A DNA stretch of 64,000 nt from Candidatus Shapirobacteria bacterium (GCA_022837635.1 JALHFY010000001.1:23562-87561); one strand, 5' to 3'. Shown: positions 45,082 through 55,700, numbered from the stretch's first letter. Notes: generated by a model not told the origin, from the letters alone. Made by a program: numbers and translations.

Positions 45082-47250
45082 CTATAGGATTTTTTTGCCC
45101 CAGCGTTCTTGGGAATTGCGAATGACTTTATTTCGACCTTGATTTTTACAGGCTAGAGGAGGGAGAGTAGTGGCGTAAAAGGGACTTTGAGTTTCGGAGT
45201 CAATACTGAGTTTGCAAATAATCTGGTACTTACCAATTTTAACCAAATCTTCAGCCGGGAACTTGGGACCGAATTCTTTTTGGAGAATATAGGCATCTTG
45301 GTTGCCGACAACGAAAGATAAGAGAGAACCGACGTTGCCAAAGAGAGCGTCTTGAATAGAGCGATCAAGTTGGGCCATATATTGATTAGCCACAATCAGG
45401 TTGAGTTTGAATTTACGAGCTTCAGACAGGATTTTAATAAAGGCTTCGGTGGCAAAATTTTGGAATTCGTCAACATAGAGATAAAAATCGGAGCGTTCAG
45501 ATTCGGATTGAAAAACCCGGTTCATGGCGGATAATTGAATTTGGGTGATTAACATGGCGCCCAAGAGAGCGGAGTTGTCTTCACCGAGTTTGCCGGTAGA
45601 CAGGTCGGCAATCAGAATCTTTTTTTGATTCATAATATCTTCAATACGGACCTTGGATTTGGGGTGAGCGATAGTGTTTCTGATTTTACTTGAGGAAATA
45701 AATTGGCCGACTTTGTTGAGGATAGGAGCGATAGCTTCCTGTTGGAATTTATCGTCCATGCGGTCGAATTCATTTTTCCAAAAGTTGACTAGAGTCTGAT
45801 TTTTAAGCTGGGAAACGACTTTTTGACGGTAAGGCTTGCTGGTTAAAATTTCGACAATATGGGTTAAATCAGAATTGGGAGTGTTGACCAAGGTGAGAAC
45901 GGCATTTCTGAGAATGTGTTCCAATCTGGGTCCCCAGGAAATATTGCCATACAGTTTTTTGAAAATGGAAATGACACCAGAGGCGACCAACTCTCGTTGG
46001 GAGTCATTTTGAGCCTCTAGAACATTGAGAGGATAGACGTAGTCGGGGTCGGCAGGATTGAAGTAGCAACAATCATTGATGCGGGAGGCGGGAATATAGT
46101 CAAGAATAGTTTGGCAAAGATCGCCATGAGGGTCGATAATGGCGACACCACGGCCTTTTCTGATGTCGTCAATGGCCATATTGGCAATAAGAGTGGTTTT
46201 ACCGGTACCGGATTTTCCGATGATATAGGTATGGCGACGACGATCCTCGCCTTCTTTGATACCAAAAATCGCCTCTTGGTTGTGAAATTCGGTTTTGGCA
46301 AAAAAGGTAATTTTAGCTTTTTCTTCGTCGGAGAGGCCGGTGGCGACCGGCAGATTTTCCGGGGGGTCGGCAAAGAGATGTTTGCCCCAGGCAATGTTGG
46401 GTAATTGAGTTTGAACGGTGGGGAAGTGCCAGAGAGCGGAAAGTTCGTCAACATTGAGGATTTGAGTGGAAAGACCGGGTAAAAAAGTACGCTTAAAAAG
46501 TGATTTTTGCAGATTTTTTCGGAACAAAATTCCGGGTTGAGAACTTTTGAGAAAATTGCCACGGGGGTTGGTATAAATACCAAAAGAGGAACTGAGAGAA
46601 TTGAGTAGTCCGGGGTTGTTGCTCATGAGATTAATTTGGGTCAACAGTCCGGGAAATTGGATTTTGCTTTCAAAAACGGCTTTGTCAGGGTGGGCTTGAC
46701 GAAAACCTTTTTCTTTGTCGATTAAAATACCATTTTGAATCAGGGAAATAATACTTCCCTGCCAATTTTTGGGAGGAGCGGCTAAAAGAATTTGGTAGAT
46801 GAAGAAATCACTGTCTAATGGAGAGCGGGCCAAGGGAGAGAGAACTGAGGAGAGGGGATCGGTATCACGGAAATCACGATTGGTTTTGAGAGGGTATTTA
46901 AGGTCTTTGGCGAGAGTCAGTTGAGAAAAATGTAGAGGTTGGGTTTCGGTAAGGGAGAGATAATCCGGACTGTCTTTGGTAATGGCAGTGGGGTATTGGG
47001 CTAAAATTTGGGCGCGGAAAAATTCCAGATTGGCGGCGGGAACGGTGACATAAAAATGGATTTGACCGTCTTTAAGGACAATTTCTAAGGAGGTAATAGT
47101 GGATTTTTTTCTCAAAATTTTATCTAAAAGAGAAGAATGACTCATTTGGACAAAGTTGCTGAGAAGTGAAGACATGGATTCGGGGGTGAACTCATTGTCC
47201 TGTGGGAGACGGATTTCCAGTATTTTCCAAGGAGAGTTAGTTTCGGGCAT
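45082..47250 (-). CDS. VirD4/TraG/TraD-like type IV coupling-protein ATPase
   Basis: Walker A GKSGTGKTT, motif IDPHGDL, Walker B YLYVDEFQNF. The C-terminus is TraD/TraG-like. Confidence 0.6.
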   Translation of the reverse strand: MPETNSPWKILEIRLPQDNEFTPESMSSLLSNFVQMSHSSLLDKILRKKSTITSLEIVLKDGQIHFYVTVPAANLEFFRAQILAQYPTAITKDSPDYLSLTETQPLHFSQLTLAKDLKYPLKTNRDFRDTDPLSSVLSPLARSPLDSDFFIYQILLAAPPKNWQGSIISLIQNGILIDKEKGFRQAHPDKAVFESKIQFPGLLTQINLMSNNPGLLNSLSSSFGIYTNPRGNFLKSSQPGILFRKNLQKSLFKRTFLPGLSTQILNVDELSALWHFPTVQTQLPNIAWGKHLFADPPENLPVATGLSDEEKAKITFFAKTEFHNQEAIFGIKEGEDRRRHTYIIGKSGTGKTTLIANMAIDDIRKGRGVAIIDPHGDLCQTILDYIPASRINDCCYFNPADPDYVYPLNVLEAQNDSQRELVASGVISIFKKLYGNISWGPRLEHILRNAVLTLVNTPNSDLTHIVEILTSKPYRQKVVSQLKNQTLVNFWKNEFDRMDDKFQQEAIAPILNKVGQFISSSKIRNTIAHPKSKVRIEDIMNQKKILIADLSTGKLGEDNSALLGAMLITQIQLSAMNRVFQSESERSDFYLYVDEFQNFATEAFIKILSEARKFKLNLIVANQYMAQLDRSIQDALFGNVGSLLSFVVGNQDAYILQKEFGPKFPAEDLVKIGKYQIICKLSIDSETQSPFYATTLPPLACKNQGRNKVIRNSQERWGKKIL

Positions 47251-47279
47251 ATAAGGATTATATATTACTGGAGTGACAA

Positions 47280-47582
47280 TTAGTCTCGAAGACGTGGATC
47301 ACGGTTCAACAGACTGCGCTGTTCTTCTAGTCGTGCTCGTTTACAGGGTGGTAAACCACTACGGTTAAGAGGGATTGCACTGGAATACATATTTTCTGTT
47401 TCAATGGCATGATCAAGAGCATTTTTGATCCTGAATTCTTCGTTTCTATCTTCTTCTAAACTAGAGGCTCGAAAACCATGTTGCTTTAATTCAGCGGTAA
47501 TCCGTTTCTTGATGGGCGATAAGCCTTCAGAGGCGAGGATTTGTTCCCATTTATTGATTTCAGTATGATTTTCTTTACTCAT
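47280..47582 (-). CDS. Hypothetical protein
   Basis: A 100-aa ORF. Confidence 0.4.
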   Translation of the reverse strand: MSKENHTEINKWEQILASEGLSPIKKRITAELKQHGFRASSLEEDRNEEFRIKNALDHAIETENMYSSAIPLNRSGLPPCKRARLEEQRSLLNRDPRLRD

Positions 47583-47671
47583 ATGTTTTATTATAAGATA
47601 TTTTTTATAAAAATCAAGTAGTCAAATATAAAGATGACTTTGGGTTAATTTGGGTATTAATTAAGTTATAC

Positions 47672-47701
47672 TTGACAATATTAGAGGATATAGTATATAA
47701 T
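47672..47701 (+). promoter_or_regulatory. Strong sigma70-like promoter TTGACA, 18 nt, TATAAT. It ends 6 nt before an ATG, suggesting a possibly leaderless mRNA
   Basis: Read directly. Confidence 0.5.
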
Positions 47702-47707
47702 GTAATT

Positions 47708-47974
47708 ATGCCATTTATTAAAAATTCAGAAGGACGTCCTTCTGGTACTGAAGTTGTGGATTTAAAACCGGATGGTGGAGAATCGCGTATCATTCATTAT
47801 ACTTGTAATTCTCCCCATAATGATGTGCTTAAGAAGCATAACATTCTACCGATAGGAGGAGGTTTTGATGTAGAGCCTAGAGAAGTATTATTAATTCCGA
47901 TAAAATTAATGGATGGTAGAGGTGATCCAGGGGATACTGCAGGGGTGGAACATATGCTTAGAGATTTAAAATAA
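47708..47974 (+). CDS. Hypothetical protein. The ATG at 47708 is preferred over the TTG start in the track
   Basis: The ORF begins MPFIKNSEGRP. Confidence 0.4.
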   Translation: MPFIKNSEGRPSGTEVVDLKPDGGESRIIHYTCNSPHNDVLKKHNILPIGGGFDVEPREVLLIPIKLMDGRGDPGDTAGVEHMLRDLK

Positions 47975-47981
47975 ATAAAAA

Positions 47982-48296
47982 ATGACGAAAGAACAACCAA
48001 CTCCAGGACAAGGAGAATTGTTTCCGGGTTTACGAGAAGCATCAATAAAGCGATTTGATGATATAGATTTTGTGAAACCTAATGGGAAACCTAAAGGATG
48101 GGAGCCGAGAGCAAAGAGAGAGGCAAGATCGGCGGCGATGATGCCAATATCGAGAGATACAACAACAGGTAAAGTTAATGACAATGGAGAAAGTGGACCA
48201 AAACCAGAGGCGACAATGCCGGTGCCAAGAAATAACAATGAGTCAGATCAAGAAAGTCGTCTAGATCGTTATACGCAGTGGATAAACGATCATTAG
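47982..48296 (+). CDS. Hypothetical protein predicted to be disordered
   Basis: A 104-aa ORF. Confidence 0.35.
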   Translation: MTKEQPTPGQGELFPGLREASIKRFDDIDFVKPNGKPKGWEPRAKREARSAAMMPISRDTTTGKVNDNGESGPKPEATMPVPRNNNESDQESRLDRYTQWINDH

Positions 48297-48384
48297 CAGT
48301 GATATAATCTTTTGACTATTACCACGATCCCCGCAAAGCTTGGTGGTAGATCATCCTTCTCCCGTAAACGGGATACGGATTGAC

Positions 48385-48404
48385 AAAGGCGCTCGCCTTT
48401 ATTT
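48385..48404 (+). terminator. Rho-independent terminator aaaggcg-ctc-gccttt followed by a T-run
   Basis: Read directly. Confidence 0.5.
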
Positions 48405-48423
48405 AACAATTAGTGTTTTTCTT

Positions 48424-48498
48424 TCCCCCTTAGCTCAGTGGTAGAGCGCTCGCCTGTTAAGCGATTGGTCCTAAGTTCGAATCTTAGAGGGGGAGCCA
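48424..48498 (+). tRNA. tRNA-Asn (anticodon GTT), with an encoded CCA
   Basis: TCCCCCTTAGCTCAGTGGTAGAGC...CTGTTAA loop...GGTCCTAAGTTCGAATCTTAGAGGGGGAGCCA. Confidence 0.8.
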
Positions 48499-49959
48499 AC
48501 TTTGACGAGAGGCGTAAAAAGCTATCTTGTCAAACGGTTTTATCCAGTCATATCGGGCTTTTTTGCCCTTTAGCTCTAAGTTCTGAAGTGCCATCTTCAA
48601 AAGTAGCCGTTTTTCGTGGGCTTCAGAACTTTCAAAGACTTTTCCAGCGTTTTCAGCCAGCTTTAGCAGGTAAGATGAGGTTACATAGTATTCCTCGTCG
48701 GCAAATTGTAGCTTCTCAATTTTTTTATTGATTGTCTTCTGTTTTGCCCGATACTCTTTTCGTTTTTTCTCATAGTAGCTCTCAGTAATACTACCGTCTA
48801 TTTTGTCTTCCCAAGCCCGCTCAATGCGGTTCTCGTATTTCTTATACTCGGACTGATAGCGGTTGAGTAGACTTTGGTGAAACTCTGATTTGTCTTTGTG
48901 CGAGCTTTTAAGCGAATTGGCAATATCCTCAACAACATCAGGGGGCATTTGGAGCTTGTCAAACACGCTTACAAACTGTTTGGTTAAGTCGTCCTCTGTC
49001 AGCCACTCAGCCCCGTGTTTACCGTTGTATTGTGTGCAGTGGTAGTAGTGATAGACATTACCGCTTTTCTTTATCTTACGCTCAGGCGTAATCATACAAC
49101 CGCAGTCGGCACATCTGATTAAGCCCCTGTAAGGAAAAGCTAGACCCGCATACTTAAAGCGTTTTTTATTAAACCCTGCTTTTATATCCTGCACTTTGTC
49201 AAAAAGTTCCTCGTCAATCACTCTATCGTAGTTGTGCGGGTATTCTTGTCCGTCATAGAGCATTGTCCCGCAGTAAAAGGGGTTTTTGAGGATAAAATCA
49301 ATTTTGCCTTTGGAAAAGTCCAAGCCAAACACTTCTTTAACCTTATTTCTTACCTCAAGCATTGAGTAACTGCCTGTGGAATACCATTGATACATTTTCT
49401 CAACGATTTCTGCTTCTGGCTCGTCAACACCTATCCACTTTGAGCCGTCATCTCTGGTTATATTTTTGTAACCGTAGGGGGCTTTGCCAGGATACTCGTT
49501 TTTGCTTATTTTGAATTTGGCTGTATTGATAGCGTCTTCTTTGAGGCGGTTAAGATATTGCTTGGCAAGAAAAACCTTTAAGTCCCAATCCTGAATATCC
49601 CTGCCTACGCTGTCTTTGTTGATAACGAGGTGGTCATAAACAAAGTGAATTTCTTTGCCGTAATCAAGCCTTAGCTCGTCTATTTTTACGGCATCTCGGT
49701 AATTTCTGGTTATGCGGTCAACTCGGTAAGAGATAATAGCTTTGATGTCCTCATTTTGCTTTACAAAGTCAATCATCTCGTTAAACTTCTTTCTGATTTT
49801 ATAGTCGGCACTTTCGCTAAAAACAAATTCTCGGACTACCTCAAAATCTCTTTTGGTTGCGTAATCCCTTAGTTCGGGAAGTTGAATATCTTTAAGAGAT
49901 AATCCTTCTTTTTCCTGCCTGAGCGTTGATACTCTGGCTAATATAACTGCTTTGGTCAT
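48484..49959 (-). mobile_element. Large serine recombinase (integrase). Its 3' end overlaps tRNA-Asn by 15 nt
   Basis: Resolvase N-domain AVILARVSTLRQ..., recombinase domain, and zinc ribbon CADCGC...YHYYHC. Confidence 0.8.
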
Positions 49960-49962
49960 AAT

Positions 49963-50850
49963 TTATTTCTTCCTAAACTGCTTCCAATTTTTATCAACTC
50001 TTGTTCTATGGACTTTTTCAAGTCTATTCTGTTGCTCCAAAATTCTGGCATACGAACCTCTTATTAAGGCTTTATTGCCTGTTTTTTCAAAAAAATTAAA
50101 TAGCTCAAACCAATGGTTAAAATCTAACTGGCTCGGTTTTGAGTTAGTAGAAAAGCCTACTGTTCTTGCTAAATTAAGTATCGTTTGTTTCCCGAAGACA
50201 TCGGATAATCCTTCAATCACATTAGGCTTGAACTGATTGAAGGTGTAAACAATAAAGTCTTGATATTGACTTTTTGCCTCGTCTTTAATCAAAGGATTTT
50301 TTCTCTTGTTAATTTTTAGTAATACCGTCTCTACTTGCGGTTTTGGGGAAAAATCATCTCTGTTGAATTTATGGGAAATTTCCAATTCAAACCACGGTCT
50401 CAATAAAATAGCCATCTGACTATTTTTACTATCGTGGGGTTTGCCTATAAACTTTTTAGCGGCTTCGTTCTGAACAATAAGAAACGCATCGTCAGGTGGT
50501 TTTGGTGCTTGTGTTAATTTTTTTATAACATCTGAGGTGATATTGAAGGGTATATTAGAAAAAACTTTATAGGGATAACTTGGCAGGGAATAAGTTAAAA
50601 AATTGCCGTGTATTAAGTCTAAGGATTTATTACCCGTAAATTTTCGTGCTAATATCCTAAATAAGTTTTCGTCTATTTCAAAAGCAACTACCTTCCTACT
50701 TCTTTTTAGCAATTCTTCTGTGATAATTCCTTGACCTGCACCAATTTCATAAACAACATCATTAGTTGTTATAGCTGATTTTGCTATCAGATTGGCTATC
50801 AGAGCCTTATCTTTCAGAAAGTTTTGTGAGTAGGCAATTCTTTTTCTCAT
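49963..50850 (-). CDS. Erm-family rRNA adenine N6-methyltransferase
   Basis: YSQNFL, VYEIGAGQGIIT, FEID, YKVFSNIPFNITSDVIKKL, FSPKPQVETVLLKI. These correspond block by block to Erm(B)-type methylases. Confidence 0.65.
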   Translation of the reverse strand: MRKRIAYSQNFLKDKALIANLIAKSAITTNDVVYEIGAGQGIITEELLKRSRKVVAFEIDENLFRILARKFTGNKSLDLIHGNFLTYSLPSYPYKVFSNIPFNITSDVIKKLTQAPKPPDDAFLIVQNEAAKKFIGKPHDSKNSQMAILLRPWFELEISHKFNRDDFSPKPQVETVLLKINKRKNPLIKDEAKSQYQDFIVYTFNQFKPNVIEGLSDVFGKQTILNLARTVGFSTNSKPSQLDFNHWFELFNFFEKTGNKALIRGSYARILEQQNRLEKVHRTRVDKNWKQFRKK

Positions 50851-51050
50851 TCTGTTTTTCTGGGTTTCTTCATTTGCATAAACTCTTTTAAGTCGGTCTT
50901 TTCAATTCGGTATTGCTTGCCCGCTTTGTGAGCCTTGAGTTTGTCGTCCTGTATCCAACGATAGACTGTGAGATAAACTACCTTGAGCATTTTTGCCACT
51001 TCCTCTATGGTGTAGTATTTTTCTTCTGTCATATTAGTTATATTTAACAT
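50847..51050 (-). CDS. Excisionase / HTH_17-like DNA-binding protein
   Basis: YYTIEEVAKMLKVVYLTVYRWIQDDKLKAHKAGKQYRI. Confidence 0.55.
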   Translation of the reverse strand: MLNITNMTEEKYYTIEEVAKMLKVVYLTVYRWIQDDKLKAHKAGKQYRIEKTDLKEFMQMKKPRKTE

Positions 51051-52206
51051 TATTTAACATTTTGTCTTGAATTGCAAGTAGTTTTAACGGCTCAAACTTG
51101 TTTACCTGCTCTTTAAGTAGAGAGAATACGCTTGGTTCGTCGGTTTTGGTAAGGGCTTTCATCTCTTTATTTAAGCTATACCACGCAGAACTGCCGTAAT
51201 GTTTGGTCATTTCCCTAAACTCTCTTACCCCAATCTCGTCAAGTAAAACCCGCAGTCCTAGCATTTTGAGGGCTTGTGTGAGCTTGGTTGTGTGGTTAGC
51301 TCGTATAAAGCCTGAAAAGAACTTTTTGGGGCTATCATATTGGTAAGTGAGTAATGGTGGGTATGCTTCCTCAATCTCGCTGATGTAGTGAAGTAAGACC
51401 TTTTTGGCTGTGTCTTGGCTAAATATGTTGGTAAAAGTCGGTTCTACTTCCTTGCCTATTTTTTTGAGGATTTGGTTGATTTTTTGCCGTCTATTTAGTC
51501 TTATCTCAACTCGCAACACCTCAAGCGGTTTCTGCTTGGTCAGCACATCAAATAAATTAAGCTGTAAGGCATTATCTTCTTCTTCAGCCCGTTTCTCGCT
51601 AATCTTAGCTTGCTCTAAGTCTTTGATTTTGTCGTAAAAAACTATCTCAAACGAGTTAGCCCGATACTTGAAGCTGTGCCCTTCGTTCCTAAAGTCTGTC
51701 CTGTTAGTGTCCAGCCGTTTATTGATGTTGAGCTTGTTGAGTTGAGAGAAGTAGGTATAGGGTGTAGTGTAGTCCGTCAAGGCTATATTTTTGGAGTAGT
51801 GGACTGAGGAAACGGGAGCGTCAATTAAGTGTTGCTCAAGGATATAAACTCCCATTTCTCGTAGTATGATTTTCAGCTTTTGGATAACTGCGGGAAAATC
51901 AGCCTCGGTTAGCTCGTCAAAGTTATTGCCGTATAGAAGTTTGGGGATTGAAAACTCAATTTTCAGAGTTATCTCAAAGTTTCGCTCTCGGTTTATTCGT
52001 TTGGTAACGGTCAATCGGGGTTTGTATACGCCTTGCTTTAACTCGTTAGGAGTTGGGTTCTGTTTGCAGGTAATGTTAGACCTGCCCCCCAAGCGATAAT
52101 AGCCAATAGAGGCGTCATAAAGCCCTTTGGTTGACGGACTAAATTTGTCGTGGTCAAGTATTGTAAACATACCTGTTTTAAGTGTTAAAACGATTGTGTC
52201 TATCAT
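51034..52206 (-). CDS. Putative replication-initiation (Rep_trans-like) protein of a mobile element
   Basis: A 390-aa protein lying between xis and spoVG in a compact minus-strand module. The family assignment is tentative. Confidence 0.25.
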   Translation of the reverse strand: MIDTIVLTLKTGMFTILDHDKFSPSTKGLYDASIGYYRLGGRSNITCKQNPTPNELKQGVYKPRLTVTKRINRERNFEITLKIEFSIPKLLYGNNFDELTEADFPAVIQKLKIILREMGVYILEQHLIDAPVSSVHYSKNIALTDYTTPYTYFSQLNKLNINKRLDTNRTDFRNEGHSFKYRANSFEIVFYDKIKDLEQAKISEKRAEEEDNALQLNLFDVLTKQKPLEVLRVEIRLNRRQKINQILKKIGKEVEPTFTNIFSQDTAKKVLLHYISEIEEAYPPLLTYQYDSPKKFFSGFIRANHTTKLTQALKMLGLRVLLDEIGVREFREMTKHYGSSAWYSLNKEMKALTKTDEPSVFSLLKEQVNKFEPLKLLAIQDKMLNNVKYN

Positions 52207-52471
52207 AGTTGTTCATTACTTCTTCAAACTGCTTTACAACTTCACTCTCTATTAACTGGGCGGTTTCTCTGTTTATTGGGTAAAAAATGTTGAGGTTTCT
52301 GTCGGCTATCTTTTTCGTGGGATAAACGAGCCTGTAACCGCCTTGTGGTCGGGTCATAATTCCTATTGAGCCAAGATAGAGGTTTTTATCCCAAACAAAG
52401 CTGGCAAAGGCTACTAAGCCGTTTTGCGGTTTTATGGGTATGATTTGAACTTCACTTAGTCGGTTTATCAT
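52178..52471 (-). CDS. SpoVG-family protein
   Basis: GLVAFASFVWDKNLYLGSIGIM...YRLVYPTK...YPINRETAQLIESEVVKQFEEV. Confidence 0.6.
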   Translation of the reverse strand: MINRLSEVQIIPIKPQNGLVAFASFVWDKNLYLGSIGIMTRPQGGYRLVYPTKKIADRNLNIFYPINRETAQLIESEVVKQFEEVMNNYDRHNRFNT

Positions 52472-52706
52472 AGAATTTCGTTACATTTTCCCTGCGGTCA
52501 ATTTCTATCAAGAGGGCAAAGAAATCGGTAAGCCGTTTCTTTTCTTCGGGCGTCAAAACTAAACCCTTTGTCTGGGGTTTGTTTTTTTCAAGCTGACTGA
52601 CTTTGCCGTTTTCCATCAAGCAAAGTTTAGGAAACGCCAGGAGAATTGTCGTTGTGGTAGGAAGGAGTAGGTAACCTTAGGTATAAAAGGGGACAAAAAG
52701 GGACGA

Positions 52707-53822
52707 TTAGTGAGGAATAACGAGTTTACCCCCGCCTTTAACAAGTTTAATAAGCGGTTTTTTCATTTCTTCTAAGTCCTTCTTTGTTATCGGGTTTCTG
52801 AACTCAATGGCATTTTTTGATACGCTAAAAAAGACTTCTTTTGTGTCGCCTTCAAAGCCAAGATTTTCAACTATCTTATGTAGAGATTTTGTCAATTTTC
52901 CACCCATAGCCTTCTCAAGTTCTTCTCTGGTTACTCTTTTATTTGGGTGTTCATACAGGAATGAAAAAACAAGGTCGTTTTCACTGTTAAAGTCTGGTTT
53001 ACTAATTTGTGCATTGTTCATTAACACCTGCCTCTGCTTGGTATAGATAATTTGATACAACGGCTCGTCTTTCTCGTCGGTTTTCTTGGTTGCTGCTTGC
53101 TTAGGAATGTCTTTAACCTTTTTTTCATCTATTTTGGTAGCTTTCTGTTTCCGCTTTTCAAACTCTTGTTTTATCTTTGCGTAGAAGTCATCAAAATTTG
53201 CTAGGTTTACCTTTACCCCAATAGAGCCGTAACCAAAAGTGTCGTCATTGTCATATTTTGCTTCAAAAACCGCTTTCTCTTTAATGAGATACTGAACCCC
53301 TTCCCAACGGTATTGCTGGTATGTTTTTCTTGTCCCGATAGTGTCGTAAGGAAATAGCTCTAAGAACCTACCAATATAGGGGTAAGGGAATGAGGGTATT
53401 CTAACAAGGTTTGTTCTAGCTAACTGCAGTTGCTTATCAATGTCTGAACACACATCAAGGGCTTTAAGTAGGTTAAGCCAATCTATATTTTCGGGTTTGG
53501 ACTTCTGCCTCATTCGGTATCGGATAAGCCAGTCGTCAAATGTGTCCAAAATTTTAATTAGGAAGTATTCTATCTTGCCTTCTACGGCTTCCATACTTGC
53601 GGTAATACCTGTTTTTAGCTCTGTTGGTATCTCCTCTACAGTTAAGACTTTTTCGTCGTCTTGAAGCTGTAACAAGAGTTCGTGAACTTCTTGAGGGATA
53701 ATCTTTTTTGTTAATTCCGTTTGTTTAGTAACAAAAATCTTTGCGGATTGACCAGAGCGGGTGCGTTTCTTGGCTTCCACAAGTTCACTGATAAGTAAAT
53801 TTAGTTTTTCTTCGTAAGTCAT
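52707..53822 (-). CDS. Hypothetical protein
   Basis: A 371-aa ORF. Confidence 0.4.
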   Translation of the reverse strand: MTYEEKLNLLISELVEAKKRTRSGQSAKIFVTKQTELTKKIIPQEVHELLLQLQDDEKVLTVEEIPTELKTGITASMEAVEGKIEYFLIKILDTFDDWLIRYRMRQKSKPENIDWLNLLKALDVCSDIDKQLQLARTNLVRIPSFPYPYIGRFLELFPYDTIGTRKTYQQYRWEGVQYLIKEKAVFEAKYDNDDTFGYGSIGVKVNLANFDDFYAKIKQEFEKRKQKATKIDEKKVKDIPKQAATKKTDEKDEPLYQIIYTKQRQVLMNNAQISKPDFNSENDLVFSFLYEHPNKRVTREELEKAMGGKLTKSLHKIVENLGFEGDTKEVFFSVSKNAIEFRNPITKKDLEEMKKPLIKLVKGGGKLVIPH

Positions 53823-53894
53823 AGGTCATTACATCTTCAACTTTGTTTATCATATTTTATCAATTTTTGCTAAAATTTATAATTAGATTAGGCT

Positions 53895-55700
53895 ATGTTG
53901 AAAAAAATATCCTTAAAGTTTACTAGGGACAAATTCCTGAGCTGGGTTATCAAAATCTCAGTTATTGTCTGGCTAACTTGTATCCTCGGCGTCTTTGCGG
54001 TGATTGGTTATGTTGTTGGTATTAGAAAAGAATTGTTTGATAAAGCACCCGATGCGTTTATGTTTTTGCTTCTTGGCTTAATCCTATTAGGATGTTTAGC
54101 TTTTTTGGTTGGAGTAGTAAGTTTTACTGCACAACTTATAACCAAAAGGTCTCAAAAGAAGCAAAATGTTTTTATCTTTTTAATAAGGTTGTTTTTTATT
54201 CTTGCCATCTTACCTTTCTACCTATTGGTTTATATTATTAGACCCCTTGAGATTGTTAGGAGATTGAGACATCTTGGATTCAAGGAGTTGCTAAAATCAC
54301 TAAACCCTAAGTTTTTATTGAGTAAGGCTGTTGCCCTAATCTTGGTTGGAGCTATAGTCTTCCCCATTTGGATTGGCGGGTATGCGACTGTCGGTGCTTT
54401 AGTCGCTGGCCAACTCGGTTATATAACAGAGGATATAAACATTGTGGGAACGGGTTCAATGTATCCAACTTGGGAAAAGGGAAGCAAGGGCAAGAGCAAT
54501 AAAGAATTAGCAAAAGAGATAATTTCTACAGCTGGATTTTTGCCCTATCCTAACGGAATTGTCATAGGAGGGAAAAGGTATTTTGGACACACATTGGGAA
54601 GGGGCGACATAATTACTTGGGAAAATGATGCAACAAGGGAGCTAACGAGCAGAGATGGAGCTGAACCTGCAGGGTTACTAAAGAGAATTATCGGTTTGCC
54701 AGGAGATAAGATAGAACTCAGAGACGGCATTGTTTATCTCAATGAGGAGCAACAAAGGGAACCATACATAGCTAAGCCACGCTCAACATTTGGTGAAAAA
54801 TTCTTAAAAGAGTGCCAAGTAATTACTGTCCCTCAAGATGCGGTGTTTGCGATGGGAGACAATAGAAAAGGCAGTTCTGATTCAAGAGAAATTGGCTTTG
54901 CCCCAATTAAGGATATTACTCGTGTTCTTCCCTTTGAGAAACAAAAGGGCAAATTAGATAAAAACTGGCACGACACAACCAACGACTTAGATGACACGGC
55001 AAAACCAACAGTAGATAGAAATAGGTTTGTTGAGCTTCTCAATGAAAAACGCAAAGAAAATGGGGCGACCCCAGTAAAATATGAACCAAAGTTAGACATA
55101 TCGGCAAAGGCACGGGGTGAATTGCTCTTAAAACACAATTCAATTCAAGAACAGGCTTCTTATGATGTTGTTTCAAATGCAATGTCAAAGGCTGGTTATT
55201 GGAATAGCTATGTTTGGGAATGGTCGTTAGAGGGATACTATACAGCTGATGAGTTGATTGAAGATTATCTTGAAAGAGATTCAACTGATGCAAAGAATGT
55301 ATGGTTTGACAAAAAATTTGACGACATTGGTATTGGAGAAGTTCAAGGGAACCTGAATGGGTGCCCCACACAGCTTATTATTGTTCACGCAGCTGGATAT
55401 GTTCCACCCAACTATAAAAAGGAGGATATTGAATCTTGGAAAACAAGTCTTTCCCGATTAAGAGAGATACAACCAAGTTGGGCAAATCTTAAAAACAATT
55501 CCAATTTTTATCAAAACAATAAGAGTGATGTTGATAGAATCAACGAAATCATTTCTATAAGAATTGCCAACATTTCAACTATCGTAGCTAAAATGGAAGC
55601 TAACCAGTGGTTGGGTGCTACCGAACAAAGAATGATAGAACAAGACAAACCCTTATATGATGAGCAAGAAACAATAGCGACAAGATTAAATAGTCGCTAG
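53895..55700 (+). CDS. Three-part fusion protein: polytopic membrane domain, signal peptidase I (S26) and a CAP/SCP domain
   Basis: S26 boxes GTGSMYPTW and VFAMGDNRKGSSDSR. The C-terminal segment resembles the two CAP paralogues downstream. Confidence 0.6.
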   Translation: MLKKISLKFTRDKFLSWVIKISVIVWLTCILGVFAVIGYVVGIRKELFDKAPDAFMFLLLGLILLGCLAFLVGVVSFTAQLITKRSQKKQNVFIFLIRLFFILAILPFYLLVYIIRPLEIVRRLRHLGFKELLKSLNPKFLLSKAVALILVGAIVFPIWIGGYATVGALVAGQLGYITEDINIVGTGSMYPTWEKGSKGKSNKELAKEIISTAGFLPYPNGIVIGGKRYFGHTLGRGDIITWENDATRELTSRDGAEPAGLLKRIIGLPGDKIELRDGIVYLNEEQQREPYIAKPRSTFGEKFLKECQVITVPQDAVFAMGDNRKGSSDSREIGFAPIKDITRVLPFEKQKGKLDKNWHDTTNDLDDTAKPTVDRNRFVELLNEKRKENGATPVKYEPKLDISAKARGELLLKHNSIQEQASYDVVSNAMSKAGYWNSYVWEWSLEGYYTADELIEDYLERDSTDAKNVWFDKKFDDIGIGEVQGNLNGCPTQLIIVHAAGYVPPNYKKEDIESWKTSLSRLREIQPSWANLKNNSNFYQNNKSDVDRINEIISIRIANISTIVAKMEANQWLGATEQRMIEQDKPLYDEQETIATRLNSR

